DNA of 59,584 nucleotides from an uncultured Candidatus Saccharibacteria bacterium (GCA_964406895.1 CAYOTK010000007.1:1-59584), one strand, 5' to 3'; positions 1 to 8,461 are shown, counted from the stretch's first letter. Notes: generated by a model from the sequence alone, not told the origin. Numbers and translations: made by a program.

Positions 1-82
1 ACCATCTGAGAGTGATCATTCAAACTAATAGTACATGGTGCTTTGCGAAATGGTCGACAAAATAAGAAAAGGAGGGATTTCT
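1..82 (+). repeat. Partial copy (3' half, cut by window edge) of the stem+core structured element that is complete at 53214..53381 and 57796..57963
   Basis: nt 1-51 match 57882-57932 at 47 of 51 positions (accatctgagagtgat...ctaatagtacatggtgctttgcgaaat). A 31-nt arm (52-82) follows where the full copies carry their 3' stem arm. Confidence 0.7.
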
Positions 83-143
83 GCCCAAATACAATTAATT
101 GTGCTTGAACTATTAATCATTATATGATAAGGTGTCTTTCATT

Positions 144-551
144 ATGGCAAACAAGATAATTACACCCGTAGACATAGAAGCTCGCAAAAAACTCGACATT
201 CGTCCAGGCGACACTGTTCGCGTATGGCAGAAGATTGAGGAAGACAAGGGCAAATTCCGCCTTCAGGCTTTCGAAGGTCTAGTTTTGGCCAAGAAACACG
301 GTCGCGAGGCTGGTTCAACATTCACAGTTAGAAAAGTTGTTGATGGTGTCGGTGTAGAACGTATTTTTCCATTATATTCTCCAATGATAGATGAGATTGA
401 GACGATCCGCAGAGCCAAGGTCCGCAGAGCTAAACTTTATTTCATTCGTCGCAAGGCTGCAAAAGAAATCAGACGTCAGATGCGTAAGATTATGGACAAC
501 AAAGAAACTCCAGAAGTTGTTACAGAGAAGGAGGTTGTTGAGACAAAATAA
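144..551 (+). CDS. rplS: 50S ribosomal protein L19
   Basis: [12 protein letters not shown]...[20 protein letters not shown]...K..G...TFTVRK...[12 protein letters not shown] is the L19 signature. ATG at 144 sits 9 nt after AAGGTG (129-134); the GTG at 132 offered by the ORF track lies inside that RBS. Confidence 0.93.
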   Translation: MANKIITPVDIEARKKLDIRPGDTVRVWQKIEEDKGKFRLQAFEGLVLAKKHGREAGSTFTVRKVVDGVGVERIFPLYSPMIDEIETIRRAKVRRAKLYFIRRKAAKEIRRQMRKIMDNKETPEVVTEKEVVETK

Positions 552-621
552 TCTACTAAATAGGGAGAACCAGAATCATTGAGTCTGAAAAATTATTGGT
601 TTAGTTTTTTACATACAGGTT

Positions 622-859
622 AGCCACCTCTTGCGAGGTGGCTGGTGGAGCGATAGGTGGTTTCCAACCCACCTTCGACAACGGGAACATTCGCAATGAC
701 AAGAGGCCTAATCGAGCTTCGACTCAGGGAGAGCCCAAACTCTGAAAGGAGGATTGTTTGCGATTGTGAGCACTCGCGTGTTTGGCGAACACGTTTGTGG
801 GCACGTTCCAGAGGCCGCCAGACCTCCGCCCTTTATGATCCTAGGGCCAGTATCGTTCC
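622..859 (-). ncRNA. Unclassified G+C-rich structured RNA candidate with tRNA/tmRNA-like termini; family not assigned and strand uncertain
   Basis: 9-bp closing helix 647-655/851-859. Hairpins at 655-674, 777-793 and 811-826, plus helix 684-690/803-809. On the minus strand the RNA ends GGUGG-GUUGGAAA-CCACC-UAUCGCUCC-ACCA and is followed by a GCAA-tetraloop hairpin (622-643). The 68-aa ORF at 657-863 looks spurious. Confidence 0.45.
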
Positions 860-945
860 ATAATTTAAATTATCATATGTAATAATTTTTGCAAGACTTC
901 TACTCATGTTGAATGTTTTACATATTTCTACTATAGTACTCCTAC

Positions 946-1029
946 GCGCAGGTGGCGAAACTGGTAGACGCACTACCTTGAGGTGGTAGCGCCCATTAGG
1001 GCATGGAGGTTCGAGTCCTCTCCTGCGCA
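946..1029 (+). tRNA. tRNA-Leu (anticodon GAG), class II with long variable arm
   Basis: Acceptor GCGCAGG/CCTGCGC. Anticodon arm CTACC-TTGAGGT-GGTAG. Long variable arm CGCCCATTAGGGCAT. T arm GGAGG-TTCGAGT-CCTCT. Discriminator A; CCA not encoded. Confidence 0.9.
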
Positions 1030-1187
1030 CCTCGACTCGTTCGTATTTAGTGACTATGTTCAGGATGGTGACTCGCTCGGTGCAAGCACCACAAATATCG
1101 TGTTGTTGGGTGGGGAATTTTTAGTGCAGGCACGTATTTACATTAAGTCAATATTGCTTTTAATTTTCTAAATGGGAAAATTGAAAG

Positions 1188-1658
1188 ATGGAAGAGAAAA
1201 GAAAACATTTAGCTATTTTTGAGGGCAAACAAATTCGCCGACATTGGGATGAAAAGTCGGAGAAATGGTATTTTTCTGTGGTTGATGTGATAGAGGTGCT
1301 TTCTCAGAGTGAAAGGCCTCGAAAATACTGGGATGATCTTAAACGTAAGCTTAATGAAGAAGGTAGTGAAGTGTACGAAAAAATCGTACAGTTAAAAATG
1401 ATTGCTGAAGATGGAAAAATTCGCGATACTGACTGTGCAGATACAGAGATCGTTCTCCGTCTCATTCAATCAATTCCTTCTCCAAATGCTGAACCATTCA
1501 AATTGTGGCTTGCGAAAGTAGGTTATGAGAGGCTTAAAGAGACGGCGGATCCGGAATTGGCAATTACCCGAGCACTCAAGACTTATTTGGCTAAGGGTTA
1601 TTCATTGGACTGGATAAATCAGAGACTGAAGAGTATAGAGTCTGGCCATTTCAAGTGA
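1188..1658 (+). CDS. Bro-N/DinD-like (phage antirepressor-type) DNA-binding protein, possibly C-terminally truncated
   Basis: IFEGKQIRRHWDEKSEKWYFSVVDVIEVL...RKYWDDLKRKL resembles the Bro-N domain of DinD-like proteins recalled from memory. At 156 aa it is shorter than the roughly 270-aa DinD. Confidence 0.55.
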   Translation: MEEKRKHLAIFEGKQIRRHWDEKSEKWYFSVVDVIEVLSQSERPRKYWDDLKRKLNEEGSEVYEKIVQLKMIAEDGKIRDTDCADTEIVLRLIQSIPSPNAEPFKLWLAKVGYERLKETADPELAITRALKTYLAKGYSLDWINQRLKSIESGHFK

Positions 1659-1711
1659 AAATTGGAGAACAAGAAAAAACAAGCAATTAAACAAATAAAA
1701 TAAACAAAACC

Positions 1712-2260
1712 ATGCTCTACACCCGCAAAGGCGACAAAGGAACAACAAAGACTTTTGGTTGCGATCAACGCATATCGAAAAGTTCTATTATTGCTGAGGC
1801 ATTGGGGACTTTGGACGAAGCCAATTCATTCTTGGGACTGGTGAAAGTTTTGGCAAATCATAAGAAAATTAAAGTGGGCAAAGTTACTTTTGGGCAAATA
1901 GTGCATGAATGTCAAAATAATTTGTTTATCATCCAGGCCGAGGTTGCGGGTGCAAAGAAAACTATAAGCGAAGACAAGGTAAAAGAGATCGAGAAAATTG
2001 TTGATACGATCGAGAAAGCCTTACCTCCAATAAAATCATTTTTCATTTCAGGCGGAACAGAATTGACTGCTTCTTTTGATTTTGCTCGTACATTGGCGCG
2101 TCGCGCGGAGAGAAGGGTGGTGGCTGTGCATGATGAGAAGTTCGTCAAGGTCGGTAGTCATAGTCTGGCGTATTTGAATAGGTTGTCTTCTTTGCTTTAT
2201 GCACTGGCTAGACTAAGTAATCATAAATCTGGTATAAGGGAAGAGGCACCTAGTTATTAG
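1712..2260 (+). CDS. ATP:cob(I)alamin adenosyltransferase, PduO-type
   Basis: N-terminal YTRKGDKGTT motif, LGTLDEANS, and typical length of 182 aa. Confidence 0.85.
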   Translation: MLYTRKGDKGTTKTFGCDQRISKSSIIAEALGTLDEANSFLGLVKVLANHKKIKVGKVTFGQIVHECQNNLFIIQAEVAGAKKTISEDKVKEIEKIVDTIEKALPPIKSFFISGGTELTASFDFARTLARRAERRVVAVHDEKFVKVGSHSLAYLNRLSSLLYALARLSNHKSGIREEAPSY

Positions 2261-2339
2261 TAAGACGGTGTTACAATCACGTCACGTGTTTACTTATCAA
2301 GAAGATTTACCTTTTTCTTTTTAGGTGTAACATGAGTAG

Positions 2340-2840
2340 ATGCCTAATGTAATCTGTATAAAATGTAAGAAGATTTTTTATGCAAAGCCCTTTTGGATAA
2401 AGAGAGGTTATGGTCGTTATTGTTCTCGAATTTGTAAATCTGAAGGTGCCAAGAAGGGCAGAATAGAGAGTTGCTATATGTGTGGCAAAGAATCATACAA
2501 ACAACTGAAACAGTTGAAGAATTCAAAGAGTGGAAAGTTTTTTTGCAGTAAGTCGTGCCAGACAAGGTGGAGAAATCGAGAATTTATTGGTCCTAAGCAC
2601 GCGAATTGGAAACATGGCAAAAATGTCTACCGCAGTGTATTAAAAAGGAACAATATTAAGATGATTTGCACCTTGTGTAACTGCGGTGATAAGCGAATTT
2701 TGGCTGTTCATCATGTTGATCAAAATAAACTTAATAATTTATTAAGTAACTTGGCATGGCTTTGTCACAATTGCCATCACCTCGTACATCATGATATTGT
2801 TGAGAAGCACCGTTTCCTAGAAAGATTGGCCAAACGGTAA
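2340..2840 (+). CDS. HNH endonuclease with N-terminal CxxC zinc-ribbon repeats
   Basis: C-terminal LAVHHVDQNKLNN...NLAWLCHNCHHLVHH (HNH motif). Three CxxC...C..C modules lie upstream. The stop codon is 3 nt before tRNA-His. Confidence 0.85.
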   Translation: MPNVICIKCKKIFYAKPFWIKRGYGRYCSRICKSEGAKKGRIESCYMCGKESYKQLKQLKNSKSGKFFCSKSCQTRWRNREFIGPKHANWKHGKNVYRSVLKRNNIKMICTLCNCGDKRILAVHHVDQNKLNNLLSNLAWLCHNCHHLVHHDIVEKHRFLERLAKR

Positions 2841-2843
2841 TAT

Positions 2844-2915
2844 GGTGCCCATAGTTTAGTGGCAGAACCCCAGCTTGTGGAGCTGGTCGCGAGAGTTCGA
2901 TTCTCTCTGGGCACC
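2844..2915 (+). tRNA. tRNA-His (anticodon GTG) with encoded G-1
   Basis: G-1 plus acceptor GTGCCCA/TGGGCAC with C73. Anticodon arm CCAGC-TTGTGGA-GCTGG. T arm AGAGTTCGATTCTCT. Confidence 0.9.
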
Positions 2916-2978
2916 CAATGAAATATATATGTCTAAAACCTTTCAAATAAAATCTGTGTTCAGAGTATTATTTTTTAC

Positions 2979-3512
2979 TTGGGCAGTATTTTTTTGATTA
3001 TTGGTGTCTTTGAATATGAATTATCTTTAGACTTCTGGTTTCTACCTTATCTTGTTTGGTTAATATTACTTATTCTGGGCTTTATATTTCTCATTGTATC
3101 TTTTTTTATTTGCTTCAAGAAAAAGATTTTGTATTTTTTCAATAGAAACATATTGCCAGTATGGCTCATTGTTTGTTTTCTTGGTGTGTTTTTTGTAAAT
3201 AATTCTTACAATTTTTTTGTCTATTTTAAAATGCCTATTTATACTGAGATTATACAAAATATTTCAAATGGTGGGATTATAAAAAGTGGTGTATACAAAG
3301 ATGTATTCTTTGAGATTGAAAAATTCCCTAATAACGAAACTAGAGTTGCTTTCCCAAATGGTGCCGGTGTGATTGATAATTGGTGTGGAGTTGTATGGGA
3401 CCCAACTGGTCTTGTTGGTACAATCAATGAAAAATCAAAAGGTTTTTTTGGTGGTGATCTTATAAAAGTCAGACACATTAAGGAATTTTGGTATGTGGCG
3501 TGTTTTACTTAG
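2979..3512 (+). CDS. Hypothetical multi-pass membrane protein
   Basis: TTG-initiated ORF with three or four strongly hydrophobic segments (LVWLILLILGFIFLIVSFFICF, VWLIVCFLGVFFV). No recognisable motif. Confidence 0.55.
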   Translation: MGSIFLIIGVFEYELSLDFWFLPYLVWLILLILGFIFLIVSFFICFKKKILYFFNRNILPVWLIVCFLGVFFVNNSYNFFVYFKMPIYTEIIQNISNGGIIKSGVYKDVFFEIEKFPNNETRVAFPNGAGVIDNWCGVVWDPTGLVGTINEKSKGFFGGDLIKVRHIKEFWYVACFT

Positions 3513-3618
3513 GTGAGGGTTGTTTTTGTGAATGATCTTTATTAGTTCAAATGCTCTCTACGATCGTGCTCTATCGTTAAAAGTCAATATTTTACGGTAA
3601 TGTATACAATACACTGGT

Positions 3619-3647
3619 TTGACAAATTCAAAAAGTATTGCCATAAT
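3619..3647 (+). promoter_or_regulatory. Sigma-70-like promoter for the G+C-rich orphan gene
   Basis: TTGACA (3619-3624), 17-nt spacer, CATAAT (3642-3647). It predicts a roughly 140-nt structured leader containing an SD-sequestering hairpin CUUCGAC-UUAAG-GUCGGAG (3760-3778). Confidence 0.4.
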
Positions 3648-3791
3648 GTGTCAAGCGAGTTCATTGAAAGGTGTCTTGCTGGCCTCGACTGCTTTCAGTG
3701 GTCAGGGTCTAAATAAATGTTGTTTATACAACCCCTCAACTCACGGGCAGTGAGAAAATCTTCGACTTAAGGTCGGAGGTAAGGAACGAAA

Positions 3792-4418
3792 ATGAAATAC
3801 CCCAAAGTAACCGCCGGGCAGACTGAGGCGATGATTAATCGTCTTGGCGGCATGAAGATGATGGAGTTGTTCTTGGCAGACAAGCTACAAGTTGTCCCAA
3901 GAATTTTGCTTAATGCGTGGAAAACTATCACGCTAATTCCTGGTTTGGACGCTCACAACCTTTGTCGGTCATTGGTTGATCACAAATACGAACTCTCAGG
4001 TGTTGCTTCCGAAATGTTAGGACATCCGGACTGCAAAGCACTGGACCATTCAGCACAGATTGATCTGGTCACAATTACTTGTGAAGAGATGGGGCTCGGT
4101 GAGTGCGGTAATCGGTGCAAATACGTCCTCAAGGAGATTTACGCACGTGCCGAGCGGTTCGGGCTGATGCCTTGTCCGGCACAGACTGGTCCACAGCTCA
4201 TCATTCAGGAAACGCTGGTTCTAACTGAAAATATCTGTGTGGCCATTGAGCCGCTCAAGATTGGAAATCGTGAAGGTGTGAGTTTCATCTGGCAACTCTT
4301 GAGACCGCCTACCCATACTTCCAATTTGTTGAACTCGCGCAGCGCTGCCTCTGATGATGGCTTCAGGCCAAAGACGCGATGGATATTTGCTAGAGGTAAG
4401 TGTGAGGATGGCAGGTAA
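3792..4418 (+). CDS. Hypothetical protein, G+C-rich compositional outlier
   Basis: 208-aa ORF preceded by GGAGG (3775-3779), with protein-like composition. A strong terminator follows. No motif recognised. Confidence 0.6.
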   Translation: MKYPKVTAGQTEAMINRLGGMKMMELFLADKLQVVPRILLNAWKTITLIPGLDAHNLCRSLVDHKYELSGVASEMLGHPDCKALDHSAQIDLVTITCEEMGLGECGNRCKYVLKEIYARAERFGLMPCPAQTGPQLIIQETLVLTENICVAIEPLKIGNREGVSFIWQLLRPPTHTSNLLNSRSAASDDGFRPKTRWIFARGKCEDGR

Positions 4419-4534
4419 ACCATCGATCAAACCCGTTTTGCAGACGGGCACCCTTCCGTGAGGGGTGCCCGTTACCGGCGGGATATCAAGAGTTTTGAAC
4501 TTGCCTCCGCCTGAATTCCGAGCGATTCAAACAG

Positions 4535-4565
4535 CCGCAGAGATCGCTCTCTGCGGTTTGCCTTT
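4535..4565 (+). terminator. Rho-independent terminator-like hairpin
   Basis: CCGCAGAG-AUCGCU-CUCUGCGG followed by TTTGCCTTT. An alternative hairpin GAGCGAU/AUCGCUC overlaps it. Confidence 0.6.
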
Positions 4566-4639
4566 ATATATTTAACGCAATGACTTTATTTTTTTAATAA
4601 TGCTAAAATAAACTCATTAGGTTTTTAACAAACAAAATC

Positions 4640-5998
4640 ATGAATCAAGAAAATAGTTCGTTGCCTTCGTTCGGGGTACAGGGCGGTGGAACTTATGGTC
4701 AAGAATCAAATCCAAAACCCGTTCAACCTGTTTCAACATTTCCATCACAATCAATGATACGTCCAAGACCATCACATCATCATTTGCTCAAAACACTGAT
4801 CGTAGTCGTGGCGATCATTGCGGTATTGGTATTGGGTAGTTATGCGACCTTAGGTTATGTTATGAAACCAGACAATTCTGTTTCTATGGCCTTGAATAAA
4901 ATCGCGACCGACACAACTAGTCACTCAAAGATTTCTCTAAAGACTTTGAGTTCAGATCCAAAAACTGATTTAGCAAATTTTCAAATCGCTATTGATTTGG
5001 ATCGCAGTAATAAAAATTCTCCAAAAGTACAATCATTGATGGATTTACATATATCTGGTATGGCTGATGTTTCTTTCGAAATGAAAACAGTTGATAATGT
5101 GATTTATTATAAAATAGCAAATATACCAGAATTATATGCGAGCACATATGGTCAATATGCCGACAAATGGTACTCGGTTCCAATTCAGACCTTGAAAGAT
5201 TACAGTGCAAATTATGCTTCATCGACAACTTATACAGATGTTTACAAGAAATCCCTTTTTGATTGGTACAAAGAATTGGTAAGGTCAAAATATATTTCAG
5301 AAATAAAGTTCGAAGGTGTTGGTTTGTACGCAGGGCAAATCGTCAGGAAATATTCATTCACTGTGAATCGTGATCAGATACAAAAAGCCATGGATGATTC
5401 GCGTGCGAAAGCATTGGGTTCTTTAAGATCGAATTCATATCTAAATCAAATAAATACTTCGACCACTCGAGAGATTGATAACATTGTTTTCAGTCCTGTT
5501 TATGTGTACTTAGACCTCACATCAAACACATTCCGCGGAGCAGAAGTTTCTATAAATAACAATTCAAAATCACAAAAAAATGCAATGTTTGATTTATCTG
5601 GAATCCATATATCAATGGAATATGCCAACCCAAATACAGCCCCGCAAATAGTTGCTCCTGCGGGCGCTGTTTCTATTGAAAACTTTTTCATCGAAGCGAA
5701 ACAAGCAGCTTCGAATGCAAGGATTAAGGCAAATTTAAGTATGACTAGGACTATAATAGAATCCTCTTATTCAGGTTCAGCCAAAGGATATTCTGGAACA
5801 TGCTTGGTAAATGATATGATAAAAATAAAAGAAGAAATAGCGAAGACTCATTCAACTTTGATTTGTCGTGATAGTGCAAAAGCGTATATAGCATATGCCA
5901 CACTAACTTCAACCTCAACTACGCTTTATCAATGTGTCGATTCTCTGGGCAATATGAAAACCTTAAATAAGGCACCCACTTCATTTGTGTGCAAATAA
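4640..5998 (+). CDS. Hypothetical membrane-anchored extracytoplasmic protein
   Basis: Low-complexity N-terminus, then one TM segment (LLKTLIVVVAIIAVLVLGSYATLGYV). The C-terminal region has paired cysteines, and a segment AKQAASNARIKANL...ESSYS weakly resembles the pilin alpha1-C region. Confidence 0.65.
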   Translation: MNQENSSLPSFGVQGGGTYGQESNPKPVQPVSTFPSQSMIRPRPSHHHLLKTLIVVVAIIAVLVLGSYATLGYVMKPDNSVSMALNKIATDTTSHSKISLKTLSSDPKTDLANFQIAIDLDRSNKNSPKVQSLMDLHISGMADVSFEMKTVDNVIYYKIANIPELYASTYGQYADKWYSVPIQTLKDYSANYASSTTYTDVYKKSLFDWYKELVRSKYISEIKFEGVGLYAGQIVRKYSFTVNRDQIQKAMDDSRAKALGSLRSNSYLNQINTSTTREIDNIVFSPVYVYLDLTSNTFRGAEVSINNNSKSQKNAMFDLSGIHISMEYANPNTAPQIVAPAGAVSIENFFIEAKQAASNARIKANLSMTRTIIESSYSGSAKGYSGTCLVNDMIKIKEEIAKTHSTLICRDSAKAYIAYATLTSTSTTLYQCVDSLGNMKTLNKAPTSFVCK

Positions 5999-6001
5999 TT
6001 T

Positions 6002-7006
6002 ATGGTCGGCAAATACGTTCAACACCCAGGTAAAGTTATTAATACTGACGGACATTTCAGTCATGTAATGTCTATCGCATTGGACCCAAGAGAAAAATAT
6101 TTGAAAGGAGTGGCGCGTTGTATTGTTAGTCGAAAAGGCGATGTAACGATTAGCGGATACATAGACAGGAGTGAATTGCACAAAATCGCAGGTGATTCTT
6201 TGGAAAGTTTTCGTATTTTGGAAAAAGTAAAGATTCAAAATGAAGAAGAAGTTGTATCGAAAATCGGAGGTGCAAATCTTGATTTTCTTGGATTGGAAGA
6301 TCCGGATATTTGGATTGATGAAGAAAATGATTTGCTTCACTTGTATTTCACACTGCCTTTGATAAATCACAAGAATCATAAAGAGAATAAAATTCATCTT
6401 GGTCATGCTGCTGGTAAAGACATAGATAGTTTGATTATGACTGAGCCGGCGCTCGTTGCAGATAAGACAGGTGGCGCGAAGGAATTATCGGTGGCGCCTA
6501 TAAATAAAAAAGGTTTTCGTTTCAATCTAGTTGAGTCAGGCAAGAAAGAAGATGACTTCACATATTCTGTGGTGCGTACCGCTATTGCTTATGATATGGG
6601 CAAACCGTGGACTTTCGGAGATATTGTATTTCACCCAAAAGAGCATAATATTCCTTGGATAGGAGGGCATGCTTCACCGGGACCATTATTCTCCAGAGAA
6701 TTTATTGATGTTGGAGAAGGTAAGTTACTCGGTATCATGAATGGAAGGGAAGTGAACCGCGTCGTTAATGGCGCAATTGTATATGGGATGTTTTCAATCG
6801 GTTTATTCATATATGATTATGAGAATGGAAAAATTGATTGGGTTTCTTCGCAGTCTTTGATTCAGGACACTGATGCGAAAACTATAACTTTTGCCAGTCA
6901 ATTCATTGAAACAGGAAAGGGTGAGGGAATTCTGTATGCCCATGTTGATGATTCATTTGTTAGGGCGTATTCCATAAGGGTGGATGATTTGAGACGTTAT
7001 ATTTGA
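6002..7006 (+). CDS. Hypothetical protein, possibly beta-propeller GH130/DUF377-like glycosidase or phosphorylase
   Basis: GLEDPDIW resembles the G.EDPR motif of GH130-type propellers. The product assignment is weak. Confidence 0.6.
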   Translation: MVGKYVQHPGKVINTDGHFSHVMSIALDPREKYLKGVARCIVSRKGDVTISGYIDRSELHKIAGDSLESFRILEKVKIQNEEEVVSKIGGANLDFLGLEDPDIWIDEENDLLHLYFTLPLINHKNHKENKIHLGHAAGKDIDSLIMTEPALVADKTGGAKELSVAPINKKGFRFNLVESGKKEDDFTYSVVRTAIAYDMGKPWTFGDIVFHPKEHNIPWIGGHASPGPLFSREFIDVGEGKLLGIMNGREVNRVVNGAIVYGMFSIGLFIYDYENGKIDWVSSQSLIQDTDAKTITFASQFIETGKGEGILYAHVDDSFVRAYSIRVDDLRRYI

Positions 7007-7047
7007 TTTGTTCTACAAAAAAAGTTTTATTCTGATAAAATCAATGT

Positions 7048-7899
7048 ATGAACCCCGAATTACTATCACCTCGAAACAAACAAGAATATCCTCTCAAGAC
7101 CGTCGAGCAAATAGTTGAGGGACAGCCGGCTAGTGTTGTTGTGTACCATGGATCTCAGAAGTTTTTGACATCGGCAGTGCCAAGTGAACAATTTCCAGTG
7201 GTATTTTATAGTGACAGCAAAGAAGTTGCGGCATCATATCCTTTTGGCAAATATTTGAATCAATTATTAGAAGCTAAAGAAGATTTGATAGCTAGAAATC
7301 CAAAATATTCAGAAGCTGATCTTGTTATAGGATTGAAGCTTTTGATAACAGAAGATTTGAAAAATATGAATTCCTTGGGTATGAGTTTTATTGATTTTAG
7401 AAGGTTTTCAGATGATTCCATGAATAAACCAAACATTTTGGCGATAAAAGAAAAAATGGAATCTGATCCAGATTTTGAAAGTGAGGTAAAAAAAATATTT
7501 GATTTGGATCAAAAAGAATGGGAATTAAAAAGAATAAAAAAAGATGAAGCTGTTGATTATGAAAATGGTCCATTCGGAAGCGTAGACGAGTATATTGTAG
7601 ATGCACGAAATCCTGCAGTAATTGATTTCGAAGGTCATACGTGGGGTGATATGAAGGACGAGAATGGACAATGGACAAAACCTAGTAAAAGTGCAACAAC
7701 TGAGCAGTTGAGACGAGAATGGGAAGATTTCATACAAGGTTTTTTCGCAAAAGGTCATGATGTTCTGATTGTTAAAAATATTGTAGATGTCGGTGCTCAT
7801 TTTGTTGATGAGCAAACCAAACCTCACAATGTTATTGCTGTAAGCACAAAAGCCAAAGTAGAACCAAGGTCAGGCAACCAAACTTCCAGCATGTTATAA
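7048..7899 (+). CDS. Putative ADP-ribosyltransferase of the H-Y-E (diphtheria toxin/PARP-like) class
   Basis: VYHGS (H34), VVFYSDSKEVAASY (Y54, Y64) and SVDEYIVD (E181). These mirror diphtheria toxin YHGT / GFYSTDNKYDAAGY / SSVEYINNW and PARP1 WHGS / IYFADMVSKSANY / YNEYIVY, all recalled from memory. Confidence 0.55.
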   Translation: MNPELLSPRNKQEYPLKTVEQIVEGQPASVVVYHGSQKFLTSAVPSEQFPVVFYSDSKEVAASYPFGKYLNQLLEAKEDLIARNPKYSEADLVIGLKLLITEDLKNMNSLGMSFIDFRRFSDDSMNKPNILAIKEKMESDPDFESEVKKIFDLDQKEWELKRIKKDEAVDYENGPFGSVDEYIVDARNPAVIDFEGHTWGDMKDENGQWTKPSKSATTEQLRREWEDFIQGFFAKGHDVLIVKNIVDVGAHFVDEQTKPHNVIAVSTKAKVEPRSGNQTSSML

Positions 7900-7906
7900 T
7901 TCTCCC

Positions 7907-8461
7907 ATGACGATCGTATCAGCTAGAAGAGAATTATTGAAAGATTTTTGTTTTATCATAATTGGCGCAGTGATTGCCATTCTGCTTACACAGCTTGGCG
8001 TTTTGCAATGGTTCATAGGATTATTAGGCGGTAGTATAATAGCCAGTTTCGTTTCTGGTATATTCTTCACATCAGCATTTACGATAGCTCCTTCTGCCAT
8101 AGTTCTGTCTCAAATAGGGCATAATATGTCTCCGCATATTGTGGCAATAGTTGGTGCCCTCGGAGCCACTTGTGGTGATCTTCTACTCTTTACTTTTATT
8201 CGAGATAGATTCGCCAAAGATCTCATGAATTCACTTAGACCCTCTATTGTGAAAAAGATCTTGCATTCATTACATTTGGGATTCTTGAAATGGTTATCAC
8301 CTTTTCTGGGCGCACTGATTATAGCGTCACCATTGCCAGATGAATTAGGACTGACCTTGCTAGGACTATCCAAAACCAGAATATTAGTTCTTATCCCCAT
8401 ATCATTCATAATGAACACTTTGGGTATATATGTCATAATTATGTTTGCAAACACCTTATAG
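7907..8461 (+). CDS. Hypothetical integral membrane protein (possibly DedA/TVP38-like)
   Basis: Five or six hydrophobic helices. GALGATCGDLLLFTFIRDRF is reminiscent of VTT-domain proteins. Confidence 0.6.
   Translation: MTIVSARRELLKDFCFIIIGAVIAILLTQLGVLQWFIGLLGGSIIASFVSGIFFTSAFTIAPSAIVLSQIGHNMSPHIVAIVGALGATCGDLLLFTFIRDRFAKDLMNSLRPSIVKKILHSLHLGFLKWLSPFLGALIIASPLPDELGLTLLGLSKTRILVLIPISFIMNTLGIYVIIMFANTL

Noticed and set aside
66-80. The shared 14-mer AAAAGGAGGGATTT at 66-80 and 38958-38972, as evidence that the surface-protein leader derives from the structured element.
   Set aside because: A single 14-nt match in 60 kb of AT-rich DNA is within chance expectation, and the sequence is simply SD-like.
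622-859. Calling this block a canonical tmRNA (ssrA).
   Set aside because: The encoded ACCA, T-arm-like hairpin and GGAACGAUACUGG start are suggestive. However, the RNA is only about 217 nt, position 3:70 is A-U rather than the G.U needed for alanylation, and the acceptor helix has an A.C mismatch on that strand. No reading frame gives a plausible tag ending in hydrophobic residues before a stop. It is kept as an unclassified RNA candidate.
657-1171. ORFs 657-863(+), 833-1030(-) and 983-1171(+) as protein genes.
   Set aside because: They overlap the structured RNA block or tRNA-Leu. They have Arg/Cys/Ser-rich, non-protein-like composition and lack start-codon context.
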